From: Oopsacas minuta
Lineage: Eukaryota > Animalia > Porifera
Assembly: GCA_024704765.1 (NCBI GenBank)
Contig: JAKMXF010000221.1
Span: 1 to 64,000 of the forward strand
Length of the DNA: 64,000 nucleotides
Direction: 5' to 3'
The notes under the pieces were generated by a model that was not told the DNA's origin, made no database searches, and saw nothing but the letters and a program-made list of their open reading frames with translations. A program made the position numbers and the translations under genes. Shown piece after piece: positions 38,448 through 49,052 of this stretch. Numbering within the stretch: position 1 is the stretch's first letter; each line of letters begins with the position of its first letter.

Positions 38448-39302
38448 ATTTGTAATATTTTAAGTGTAAATAAAGTGTAATTTGAACTCAAATAATAATG
38501 TCAATTTGATAAAATTATCAGAATTAAAAAAAAGGTTTTATACACACAAAAACTCAATTATATTGTATTTTATTAATAAAAGAAGTAAATAATATAATTA
38601 TTCAAGAAATTCAAAGATTATATATATAAAGGAACACACACAGAGAATATTTTAACACTCTCCCTACCTGTTGAGGATTGTATTCTTCAAAATTATTATC
38701 TTTTAAGCATAAATGGAGGAAGAACAATTGCATTGAATAATTACAGAATGAGTAAAAAAATTAATGAACTCATTTATATTTAACAGATAAACACGTGGGA
38801 ATTCCATTAATATATTATGAGGCACAGAATCAGCTGGCTACATATCTTTATAACCAATTCTTCTTTAAGTTTTCTGGGTTTTAATTTATGGCTTAAAAAA
38901 GAATACGCAATGCAGAACATACATTGCTGAATTAGTCGAGGTACGATGGGTCATTTTAATTGTATGAAAAATAAACTGTTTCACCATAAAGTGAACAATG
39001 AACAATCAGTCAGGATAAATGACTGACGTCTTTCAAAGCAAATGGAATGGTTATGGGAAATATTATCTATTGAACTGTAAATTAAAGTCACGGAGAGCTG
39101 GCTAGAATTCATTATTTTGGATAAAGGATTAGAGTATAGTACTTTCGACAGTCCCTTGGCTAACTGTTTAAGGCAACTAATGTTTACCCCTAAAGCATAT
39201 ATGACATATACGTACATTCAAGAAAATTACATGTCAAAGTGTATCGTCCCTTAGTGTTTACTATATAGTAGTATAGTTAATTAACCAAGAATGTATACAG
39301 CA

Positions 39303-40184
39303 TTAAACAATTTTCGTTATTTTTAGAAGTTTCCTAATTCGTTCTTGCGTCGTATCAGAAGAAATAATTCGAATTAATTCATTTCTGTCAGAATTCAATC
39401 GATTCTTCAATTCTGAAATTAATTCTTCTCTAAATCTCAACTTAATCGTTCTCCTGGCAAGAGAATCTACGAACAAGAATTTCTCTGCCACTGATAGTGC
39501 AATAGCTTGACAATCTTTTGGAGATACAACCTGGTCAAGAAGTTGAATGTTAAGAGCTTCTTTTGGAGAAAACACAGTTCCTAACTGAATAGCTCTGTCT
39601 GCTCGAGAGACCCCGATGGCTTGAGATAACAGTCTGCAAACCCAGAAAGGTGGAGTTATTCCTACTTTTGTAGCATTTATCCCCATCTTAGAATCTATGT
39701 CAGACATAATACGGTAGTCAGTTGACAGTGCGATTATACAACCAGCAGCTAGACAATCCCCCTCTATCAAAGAGAGCACAGGGATATCTAAGCAGTAGAG
39801 AGATAACCAGAACGACTCAAATGTAGTTAGATAATTCTCACATTTGTCAAGATCAAAATTATTGTTTATAATCAACTCAGTGAGGTCAAGACCAGCTGAA
39901 TAAATCATAGGGATAGAAGATTTTATAATTAAAGCGTCAGCTGATATACTTCTATCCTGTATTTGATTAAAGAAATCAGTTAAAGACTCCATGAATTGGC
40001 TAGTTAGAATGTTAAGAGGATAATGCTGAAGTGATAGCTGGAGTATATTGTATCCTCTAATAGACTGGAGGGTGTCATGTGTATAAAAAGGACACAATGT
40101 ATAGCGGCGAGCAGAGCATCTGACGATATGTAATGATCGAAGAGGTTGGATGAATCCGTTTAAGGTAGAGATTACTTTTAACAT
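39303..40184 (-). CDS. ECI1: Enoyl-CoA delta isomerase 1-like (crotonase fold) with the catalytic Glu replaced by Ala
   Basis: Mitochondrial-type presequence, IYSAGLDLTEL, IEGDCLAAGCIIALSTDYRIM, MGINATKVGITPPFW, ADRAIQLGTVFSPKEAL...ARRTIK. Confidence 0.85.
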   Translation of the reverse strand: MLKVISTLNGFIQPLRSLHIVRCSARRYTLCPFYTHDTLQSIRGYNILQLSLQHYPLNILTSQFMESLTDFFNQIQDRSISADALIIKSSIPMIYSAGLDLTELIINNNFDLDKCENYLTTFESFWLSLYCLDIPVLSLIEGDCLAAGCIIALSTDYRIMSDIDSKMGINATKVGITPPFWVCRLLSQAIGVSRADRAIQLGTVFSPKEALNIQLLDQVVSPKDCQAIALSVAEKFLFVDSLARRTIKLRFREELISELKNRLNSDRNELIRIISSDTTQERIRKLLKITKIV

Positions 40185-40869
40185 TCTAACTGATCAGTGA
40201 ATATTGAAACCTAATCCGTGATACAGCTACAGTGGACACAGCTTAATTGGACTACTGGTTAATCTATCAGTCAAAAGAATAACCAGACCATACAATTACA
40301 TAGTTACTTGGTATTAAGAAGAAGGTGATATGTATCCAAATGTTCGTGTACTCTTAACCTCACAAATACAACAGTCGTGTCAAATATCCCTATAACTGTT
40401 ATTTCCGTAATCTAGTAAAAGAATTAGTAGAAGTGATACAATTTAATTTTATCTCTACAATAGTTAAATATCACAAACTTATTAGAAGTCGTAAGGATGT
40501 CTAGTCTCAAATGAATGCCACATCACGTCAATCCAGTAAAGTGCGTAATCATTGTGCATGCTAAAAGGCAAAAAAACAAGCTGACGGCTTATCATGAACG
40601 GATTCTCATTAGAACAAGGACTGAAGATTAGTTTCTGTGTCGATGGTCCATCCTAGACACACGTGCTAAACACGTGGGAGATGAGCTGTTAACTATTTTC
40701 CATATATGTTATCTAGGTTCTATATGTGAACTCATGTGAATGTAAATTTAATTTAACACAAATGGTAAAGCATAGAATTACTAAATGGATTCTTTACATG
40801 TTGATAACAGTGAGGAAGCTGATAAATAGGCTATCTGGAGATTCTATTGCAAATTTTAGATTTGCAAAT

Positions 40870-41352
40870 ATGGGATCAATATTATCGCTATGTCCAGGGA
40901 TGGGGGTTGGTAAAGAAGAGAATTTTACAAACTCTATACAAGACTCGATTAATTCAGACAATGTAGTGATGAGAGGTGGAGACGTTGTAAATCAGGGACA
41001 GTGTGTACATTGTGGAGTGAGGGTGAATAATAATGGTATATCTGTAGTGAAATACTATTATCTAAGGCTACAAGGAAATGGGGAGCTCGTATTATACACG
41101 CCTACATTCATAGCTGGGATTCCAATGGAAATAATTTGGCAGACAGGAGGGATAAAGCAAGGGACACGACCTTATAAACTGAAGTTAGAGCAAAATGCTA
41201 ACTTAGTTATCCAGGATATAATGGGGATGATAATGTGGCAGACTAACTCAAAGCAAAAGAATTGCAAAGGAATTCCTGAAGTAATATTGAATGGAGAATC
41301 TTTTGGAATAAGAGTTGGGAAGAAAATAGTTTGGAGCAGTGCACTGAAATAA
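40870..41352 (+). CDS. Bulb-type (GNA/B-type) lectin-fold protein, 160 aa, probably N-myristoylated
   Basis: LRLQGNGELVLY..IIWQT, LKLEQNANLVIQ..IMWQTNS, IVWSS are beta-prism II repeats. Start MGSILSLC is 10 nt after aaattttag. Confidence 0.75.
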   Translation: MGSILSLCPGMGVGKEENFTNSIQDSINSDNVVMRGGDVVNQGQCVHCGVRVNNNGISVVKYYYLRLQGNGELVLYTPTFIAGIPMEIIWQTGGIKQGTRPYKLKLEQNANLVIQDIMGMIMWQTNSKQKNCKGIPEVILNGESFGIRVGKKIVWSSALK

Positions 41353-41564
41353 AGTGAAATGACTATTGAAATAATAGTTGGATTATCAACAATATTCGTT
41401 TTTATAATAAAATATTATTAAGCTATCCAAATCTGATTTTCTTAATCTATCTCTATCCCCCGTTACTTAAGAATTCTACTGTCAGTAATATCTAAAAATC
41501 TATAAATGGTATAAAAAGAAAATATAGGGAAGTTCCTTTACAGAAATATCTGTCCAGTTAAAAA

Positions 41565-44500
41565 TTAAATAATAGAAATAACATCTGAATCCTCAGATAT
41601 GACATCAAGGGCCATCTTCTGGCTGGAAGAGGTTGAAGGAAAATCAAAATTAGAGACATCACTCTCAGAATTCGGTAAGTAATCCATATCATCAGTTTCT
41701 ACAGTGCTAGCACTGTCAGAACTCGGCATATCAAATTGACCCTGTAATAAACTCACATTGACCTTGCTAGGGGCAGAATAAAGTGAGTAGTCGTCTAGAT
41801 CTTCCGCGAAGAGGTCGATTATCAATTCTTTCGTTTCGTATAAAGTGCTTTCTGTAGAGTAGAGTGAACCCATGTTATCGTATGGATGCACCCATAAGGG
41901 ATTATCCATTACAGCTGCATTTGATTGCGCAAATAAACCAGAGGTACCGACCGCGGAAAGAGAAGAAAATGACTTAGCATGTTGTTGTGTCAGTAAATTA
42001 CCCGCATCATCCAAATCACGTTCGAACTTCTTTCTAGCATGTTTCTTAAAATATTTTATGTATATACACAGCAGACAACAACAACAACAAGTCAAACATA
42101 AAAATAGAGCTAGAACAGATACAGTAGAAATCAGAGCTGGTAGTATATAAGGAGAGGATACAGTCTCAGGATATGGACTAATACTCACAACAGAGAATGT
42201 ATCGTATAACCGTATAGCATTATCAAACCGTTCATCTGCACCTTTCAATACATCCTCAGGATCAGCTATCCATTCTGTATCCAGGTCTATGACGTGGAAT
42301 ACAACTCTAGTCTGACTGCTATCAACCTGGTTATCTGTAGTAGCAGGTAGAAATTCTTCAATATTTACATAACCGTGAGTAATGTCCTCCAGTACTTCTC
42401 TGACTCTAGTCTCCATACTACTCACTTCTTCAATAGGGCTGTCAAGCAGAGCTATCAGACGCTGCGAGTCTTTAATTACTATTACAGTAACAGGTTGGGA
42501 TACGCTATTAAATACCTCTTCCTTATTATTGTCATATGCTGTAATAGTAAACTCAAAATGCTCACCAGCTCTACCCCGGAACAGCTGATCAGTTACAAGG
42601 ATGCCAGTTTGATAGCTAAAATCAAATGCCTGTATCAACCTAGTAAGCTCAAACCGTATAAGGTTGTGAGGCGGTATGTCTTCATCTGTAACAACGAATT
42701 GAATTATTTTAGTCTCAAACTCTGAGTTTTCACTGAACCCTACTATATATTTATTTCTTGTAAATATAGGAAAGTTATCATTAGTATCTGCTATGATAAT
42801 AGATACAGAGGCTGTTGAAGAGAGAGCAAGAGTTCCATTGTCACTTGCTTGAATTACAAGTTGATAAGAATCAGTTATCTCTCTGTCAAACTTCACAGTT
42901 GTCTTAATGATATTATTATCCAAATAAAATACTTCATCATTTCCACTTATAATGGAGTAGCTAACAATACCGTTACCAGTATGTTCATCGTCTAAATCAG
43001 TAGCTATTACTTCTAGAGATATATCAGATGGATTTTGTTCCTCTTCAACAGAGTATTCGTAAAAGAGATGTGAAAATATTGGTATGTTATCATTCTCATC
43101 AGAGATTAGTATTGATACACTAGCTGTAGTTTGTAGCGGATTAGCTCCAGAGTCTATAACAGACACGACTAGATCTACATTAGTGTATGTCTCTCTGTCT
43201 ATCATAGTATCAGTAGTCATGATGTCACCTGTGACATGGTCTAGACTGAAATACATAGCATCGTTACCAGATATTATATTAAAAGAGAATTCAGCATTAA
43301 TCCCTATATCATCATCAGTAGCTATAAGCTGTAGTACACACTCGTTAGGAGGTAAATTCTCTGTGACAGTCTCTGAATAGGTTGTTAAGCTGAAAGTGGG
43401 CGGGTTGTCGTTAATATCGTTTAGAGATATTAAAATAGATTGAGAAGAAGTGAGGACAGGATTACCATAATCAGATGCCACAAGTGTTAACTGAAATCCA
43501 TCTGGATGAGTTTCTCTATCTAACAGCTGAGTAGATATAAGAGCTGTTGAATGCTCGTTAATAGCGAATATTCCATCTATATTCCCTTCTGGTAGGATAG
43601 TTACAAAAGTCCTTGAATTATCAGTATTAACCTGATCACCATCAAATGTCTGTATAGAGAATAATGTAGAATCAGCTATTAGTCCCTCATTTACTGAAAA
43701 GTTGTTTGGAAGAGAAACCATTTGAGGAACTACATCGTTACAGTCAATTATTTCAATATCAAAATCTGCTCTAATATTATGTTTAGGTTGATTAACTTCA
43801 GTAGCTAGAATAGACAATGTATAAGTCACGGAACTTTCTCTATCTATACAATTCTCTGTAGATACAGTGAGTAGACCGTTAGTAGCTAGAGAGAAACATG
43901 AAGGATTTGAGGAAAGGAAGCTGAATTCAATATCATCACCTACTCCCGTATCTCCATCATAAGCCATAAATGTACCAATAGAGGTATCGATAGGAGCACA
44001 CTCTTCAACAGAGAACTGACAACAGTTGTCTGTGAATATAGGAGGTGTGTCTGGGGAGTCTGATACTAAAATGGATATAGTATCATCTGTTGACAGTGGT
44101 GAAGAGGGACAATTAAGAGATAATGGGTCTCCATTATCTGTCACTGTTACGATCAAGTCATAATTAGATTGAGTTTCAAAATCAACACTAGAGGCTAGGG
44201 TAATCACGCCAGTTATTTCATTTATTTCAAATTTCCCAGATATATCTTGGATAAAGAAAGAGAGAGCACCATTTGTGCCAGAATCTTCATCAGTAGCTTC
44301 TACAGTAAATACAGGTTCCCCCACAGTGGAGGTTTCAGAAACAGTAGCAGATAGAATGCTAGAACTAAGGACAGGTGGATTATCGTTACAATCTGATATG
44401 AATATGTCTAGCTGAGCATAAGACTCTGACCCATCCGATCCAATAGCTGACACAGTACAATCAAAGTTTTTCTGATTCTCATAGTCTAGAGTATCAGCAT

Positions 44501-44762
44501 ATTTTACACGTACTCTTATCAGGTTTCCAGCAATTATAGAAGATATTGTGAAGTATTCATCACAATTCCTGGATAAAGATATAGCTTCATTGTTTGTATT
44601 AGCCACATCTATAGCCTCAACCAATTCGTTAATCTCTGCACACTCACAAACAGTACTTACTATTTGAGAGTTTGGGAATATACTACAATTACAATATGTG
44701 GATAGACAGGACAGAAGTAGGAAGAGGGAGAGGCTTAGAAATATTATTCTTTCTGGAATCAT
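41565..44762 (-). CDS. Non-classical cadherin (7 EC repeats, membrane-adjacent domain, TM; CDHR2/PCDH15/CDH23-like), intronless
   Basis: DxNDNxP linkers (DCNDNPP, DINDNPP, DENDNIP, DTNDNFP), DYE/DFE/DRE motifs, AxDxG, TM with poly-Cys, tail with NPLW, C-terminus VISII. Signal peptide from the Met at 44762 (ORF track starts at 44945). Confidence 0.92.
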   Translation of the reverse strand: MIPERIIFLSLSLFLLLSCLSTYCNCSIFPNSQIVSTVCECAEINELVEAIDVANTNNEAISLSRNCDEYFTISSIIAGNLIRVRVKYADTLDYENQKNFDCTVSAIGSDGSESYAQLDIFISDCNDNPPVLSSSILSATVSETSTVGEPVFTVEATDEDSGTNGALSFFIQDISGKFEINEITGVITLASSVDFETQSNYDLIVTVTDNGDPLSLNCPSSPLSTDDTISILVSDSPDTPPIFTDNCCQFSVEECAPIDTSIGTFMAYDGDTGVGDDIEFSFLSSNPSCFSLATNGLLTVSTENCIDRESSVTYTLSILATEVNQPKHNIRADFDIEIIDCNDVVPQMVSLPNNFSVNEGLIADSTLFSIQTFDGDQVNTDNSRTFVTILPEGNIDGIFAINEHSTALISTQLLDRETHPDGFQLTLVASDYGNPVLTSSQSILISLNDINDNPPTFSLTTYSETVTENLPPNECVLQLIATDDDIGINAEFSFNIISGNDAMYFSLDHVTGDIMTTDTMIDRETYTNVDLVVSVIDSGANPLQTTASVSILISDENDNIPIFSHLFYEYSVEEEQNPSDISLEVIATDLDDEHTGNGIVSYSIISGNDEVFYLDNNIIKTTVKFDREITDSYQLVIQASDNGTLALSSTASVSIIIADTNDNFPIFTRNKYIVGFSENSEFETKIIQFVVTDEDIPPHNLIRFELTRLIQAFDFSYQTGILVTDQLFRGRAGEHFEFTITAYDNNKEEVFNSVSQPVTVIVIKDSQRLIALLDSPIEEVSSMETRVREVLEDITHGYVNIEEFLPATTDNQVDSSQTRVVFHVIDLDTEWIADPEDVLKGADERFDNAIRLYDTFSVVSISPYPETVSSPYILPALISTVSVLALFLCLTCCCCCLLCIYIKYFKKHARKKFERDLDDAGNLLTQQHAKSFSSLSAVGTSGLFAQSNAAVMDNPLWVHPYDNMGSLYSTESTLYETKELIIDLFAEDLDDYSLYSAPSKVNVSLLQGQFDMPSSDSASTVETDDMDYLPNSESDVSNFDFPSTSSSQKMALDVISEDSDVISII

Positions 44763-45031
44763 TGTGAGTGTTGTAAGACTAATTTGTAAGAAGATAACAA
44801 TAAAGAATAATACAATAAAGAATAATACATTTAAGAATCTAACCATTTCATGCAAGATAAACAACAATAAGGTAGAATCAAGAATACAACATAAAATCAA
44901 TAAATTCATAACAGGGTAAAATCGGATTCGAAAATGTACAGACAATCCACCTAACAGGATATAATAACATGTATGTACAATTGTATGATAAGTGGAGTTT
45001 TTGATTACTTTGTTACAGTTTCTGCTGACAA

Positions 45032-45529
45032 TTAGGAACTGGTGAGACGCTGGTTACAAGGAATACAAACATTTACAAGTTCTTTAGAAGTTCTAGGAGA
45101 CGTTACTCCAAGAAATGATTTCTTAATCTTCATAGAACATTTTTTACAGCATATATTTCCACAGCTTTGACACATTCTCTTTCTGCGGAAGAAAGGTAAA
45201 ACAATATCACACTTGTGACATACTTCTTGCCTGTCAACTAATTCATTGAAATGTGACTGGAGAGAAGTGAAAGAAAAAGTTCTCTTCTTCTCTCTCAGGG
45301 AAGGCGAAGTGTCGTATGTCATCCGTCTTCTGGGCGTAGTAACACCTGTGTGTGATGCCACTTCATTAACGTCTGTATGATTAGAAGTGACAGGTGTATT
45401 TAATTGGGTCCTGGTCTCATTTACCCTCCCGTTACTCGGACTAGCAGATGCAATTGCAACTAGAATTTGCCAAGGTAAGAAGCATATTGTAAAGAGCTCC
45501 ATTAGCAAGAATGCGAAAATATCTATCAT
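45032..45529 (-). CDS. Short protrudin paralog: hydrophobic N-terminus plus protrudin-type FYVE domain
   Basis: CHKC...RRKRMCQSCGNICCKKCSMKIKKSFLGVTSP...VCIPCNQRL. Shares DNA identity with the 3' end of 46824-47924 (e.g. ggtgagacgctggttacaaggaatacaaacat). Confidence 0.75.
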   Translation of the reverse strand: MIDIFAFLLMELFTICFLPWQILVAIASASPSNGRVNETRTQLNTPVTSNHTDVNEVASHTGVTTPRRRMTYDTSPSLREKKRTFSFTSLQSHFNELVDRQEVCHKCDIVLPFFRRKRMCQSCGNICCKKCSMKIKKSFLGVTSPRTSKELVNVCIPCNQRLTSS

Positions 45530-45646
45530 CGTGCTTTAGTAATGAATGGTAAATAATAGTAACAAATATGCTGCAGCCCCTTGGTAATAGTTTATGGATA
45601 TTAATACGAATTATTAAATGTCAAATATGCGATAATACATTATTTA

Positions 45647-48600
45647 TCATAGATGCCAGAGATTATTAAATGATGGAGTGCGATAAAGTAAGTAATTCAG
45701 TTCTGTTTCAATCTCTCCTTTAGAAAAGGAATACATCTCTCTGCACATACATTGAATAAAACTGGAAAAGAATGGACAGAGTGATCTGGAGTATTAGAGG
45801 GGAAAATTATTTCTCTTCCAAAGCCGAAAAAGGTGAGTTCACAATTAGCACAGTGATTATGTCTAGATTTAACAATAATTCACATAAAGTTTAAACAAAT
45901 CCAAGTTTCCAACTATATACAAACAATAATATAAATAAACGAGCCGCTTCACTTGCGAGCACTCTGTTCGCATATAACTCAGCACTTCACGGCTCGAATT
46001 ACATATATACCCATGCTGAGTAATCTTAGAAAATTTACAATATTATTTGACAAACCTTTGAGTAAATAATGTACTTAGATTAGTGGGTACTCTCTCCATA
46101 TCATCATCATATAATTCGTATAGGATATTCCTCATACAAATATCTTGCAAGTGCTGACAAAGAAATAATAATTATGTGATATTAACGAGACATTTCTAAT
46201 AGCGATAACTTACATCAGGTTGTTTGTTGAGGGAATCATTCCAAATTAAAGGATGCATAAAATTGCTTGTAGCTTTTAGGAATTTCAACTTTTGTAAGAA
46301 TGTCAATTCAATTGGGAGTCCTGGTAGCTCATTCCCTTCTAGATTCAAGAACATCAACTCACGGAGATTACAGAATTTATAAGAAATACGCTTTAATCTA
46401 TTGTATGAAATGTCTAGTTCTCTCAAGTTGCAAAGGCTGTAAATGCTAAAAAATAAATCTACTAAGTAGATATATCTATGTAAATACTGATAGGAACGTA
46501 CCTGTTAGGAAGATCTTCCAACAAACAAAAAGATGCAGAAAGAGTTCGTAAATAAGTGAAATTACTTATCTCTTCAGATATCAACAAGAGAGGATTATTT
46601 CTCAAGTATAATTCGTTAAGGTTTGTAGCAGCAAATATTGAAGAGGGCAGAATCTACAATAAAATATTGTATATACAAATATTCGTTATAGAGCTAAGAT
46701 GTATGTATATAGCCCCAAAGCATAAGTTTAACGATGTTTACACTAATCTCTTGAGTAGAGTACAAAATAAAACGTGTATGTTATATGTGCACAAGTACAC
46801 ACCCAATCATGTCATGTATATTACTAAATGAAGTTCTTCTTTCCTCTACTGTTAGCTGTCTGCTGAGAATCTACACTATCTTGTAGCACCATACGGTTGG
46901 GTCTTAAACTGGGTGACCCGGTGAGACGCTGGTTACAAGGAATACAAACATCTACTGTCTCTTTAGACGCGTTGGGTGCTGTTACTCCAAGATATGATTT
47001 CTTAATCTTCATAGAACAATTTCCGCAGAATGTATTCCCGCACTTCTGACACATTCTTTTCTTTCGATAAATACGTAAAATAGTTTCACATTTGTGACAC
47101 AAATCATGTCTGTCACGTGTCATTCTTCTTCTAGGAGTAGCAACACCTGTCTGTGGTACATCTGGTGGTACAATTTCATTAGCATCTGTCATATTAGGAC
47201 TAAGAGATACATCAGATTGAGATCTGATCTTCTCTTCAGGGCGATTCAAAAATTTCTTCTCTTTACACTTGTTACTTGGTGTAATAAATGAAATGATTAA
47301 ACTTATAATATTTACATTACAACAGAGTAATGTACTCAGTAAGAGGCTGATAGTAACAGAAGGTAGTATAAGGAGGAGGACAGCTATCAGGAATAGAATA
47401 CCAACGAATACCGTAGAATTAAAATGGTTAGCCCATGAAATCAAACAGTAGATACTGTCAAATATCTTTATTAGAGAGTTTAGATTATCTTGTGCAAGGA
47501 GTAGCATAGATCGGAAATCTCTAATATCCTGTTGAATACCTTCTCCTTGTTCTAGTTCCTGTGTTAAATCATTTTGATATGAGTTATTCAAATATATTTG
47601 GTACTTAGGACGGGAGAGCTCTCTATTCTCTGTGGAGTACTGAGTTATGAAGCTAGCAAGCATTAGCAGGAGAGCTGAAGAAGTGAGAATTATTAACGAG
47701 CCTGGAATAAATGTTGGATGAAGAAGTAGAGCGAATAAACTGATAAAAGCTAGCGAAGATAGTAGAGGATATTTCCAGCTCCTTAACAGTATCAAAGACC
47801 TTACGGAAGATCGTAATGGATATAGATATACTATAGCTAGATTGTATGTACGGGTGAGGTACACAATGTCTACATGACGATCTGGTATGCTGACGTCATC
47901 AACTGGTATGTGGTTGTTATTCATAATGCGGTTAGTTGTAATTGTGGAGAGAGGATATCAAGCAGCCTGCTATACTAACAATTTCTATATAGCTATAGAT
48001 GAGATTATGATTGGGTATGTACAAATATTAATTATTAAGAAATACGATAGAGACTCTTGAATTACAAAGAATCGGATATGAAATGTTTGGGATTATTGCA
48101 AATATAGTTTAGTAAATTATAAATAATGAGTTTGGGAACAATAAATATCTGTACAGTGAAGAAATACAAGACTAATATACCACAAAAGCCTATGTATTTT
48201 AATATAATATTAGTAGAAAGCATATCTACGTAATGGATATACAAATTGAATAAATGCCTCGTTAACTTAGAAATTAATTAATTAAGGCATATTAATAGGA
48301 TAAGGAATCGCACGGCATAATTAAAAGGATTTATAACTTTCGTTAGCTGATTTAAAAAATTAAGATAAGTAACTAACTACCTTAAACATATTGAATGAGA
48401 GGTTGAGTACAGTTAGTTTCTTTGCTAAAAGAGATATATCAGGTAAATAGTGTAGGAACTGTGCTTTTAGGTTTAGCTCCCTGCAATCAGCTTCCATACA
48501 CTTAAGTAGAGATACGTCAGAAGGTGACTGCATTGGTTTCTGGGGAGCTAGATACACGTATGTACGTACATAAATTCGGCAAAATATCTTATCCATTGTT

Positions 48601-48801
48601 TCTATGAACAAGTGATAAATTGCAACAAACCAAAGGGAGATCTCCAGCGTTTATCTCCACAGAAGTACCCAGATACAGGACCCTGTAAGACAATATCTCC
48701 CTGGGGGAGATAACCAGTCAAGCTTATTTGTTCCAACTCAGAGTCCTCTAAACTGACTGTAGAGGATAAGTCTAGCTTCTCACGCATGTAGGCCTGTACC
48801 T
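45647..48801 (-). CDS. LRRC63: LRRC63-like leucine-rich repeat protein, multi-exon; possible additional 5' exons at 59258-58524
   Basis: Hand-assembled, phase-compatible exons: 48801-~48630; ~48550-48381 (ELNLKAQFLHYLPDISLLAKKLTVLNLSFN); 46653-46502 (ILPSSIF..LYLRNNPL); 46445-46214 (LRELDISYNRL..LEGNEL..NFMHPLIW); 46153-46056; 45862-45647 (CANC..FGFG..FNVCAERC, TGA). Order and motifs match LRRC63 as recalled. Confidence 0.8.
46824..47924 (-). CDS. ZFYVE27: Protrudin (ZFYVE27), intronless, nested in an LRRC63-like intron
   Basis: VYLYPLRSSVRSLILLRSWKYPLLS hydrophobic hairpin region, and an atypical FYVE CHKC..RKKRMCQKCGNTFCGNC..KSYLGVTAPNASKETVDVCIPCNQRL lacking RRHHCR, as in protrudin. Confidence 0.85.
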   Translation of the reverse strand: MNNNHIPVDDVSIPDRHVDIVYLTRTYNLAIVYLYPLRSSVRSLILLRSWKYPLLSSLAFISLFALLLHPTFIPGSLIILTSSALLLMLASFITQYSTENRELSRPKYQIYLNNSYQNDLTQELEQGEGIQQDIRDFRSMLLLAQDNLNSLIKIFDSIYCLISWANHFNSTVFVGILFLIAVLLLILPSVTISLLLSTLLCCNVNIISLIISFITPSNKCKEKKFLNRPEEKIRSQSDVSLSPNMTDANEIVPPDVPQTGVATPRRRMTRDRHDLCHKCETILRIYRKKRMCQKCGNTFCGNCSMKIKKSYLGVTAPNASKETVDVCIPCNQRLTGSPSLRPNRMVLQDSVDSQQTANSRGKKNFI

Positions 48802-49052
48802 CTATGAAGAAATGTTAATAATTATCACGGTTAGTAACAAATATCATTTTATATATTTCAATTAGACTCAGTGAATTAACAATTTAATATTTAGTACGGT
48901 ATTAGCAATGTTTTAGATATCCAAAATACTTGTAACAGCTAATTATATTTGTATGTAACATTATGTATTAGCTACACAGATAGGAATAATGAAATTTGTT
49001 ACAATATCCAACATATTACAATCTCATAGCTTTTTGGAAGTAAGATAGCTAT

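Noticed and set aside
40726-40869. Upstream extension of the lectin ORF
   Set aside because: Non-ATG start in the ORF track. The acceptor and myristoylation pattern favour the Met at 40870.
44763-44945. Apparent 61-aa hydrophobic N-terminal extension of the cadherin ORF
   Set aside because: Low-complexity AT-rich tandem sequence (aagaataatacaat repeats). An acceptor-like site and a good signal peptide point to the Met at 44762.
45940-45996. 7-bp inverted repeat cgagccg...cggctcg in an LRRC63-like intron
   Set aside because: Too short to separate from chance; no snoRNA boxes or stable stem recognised.
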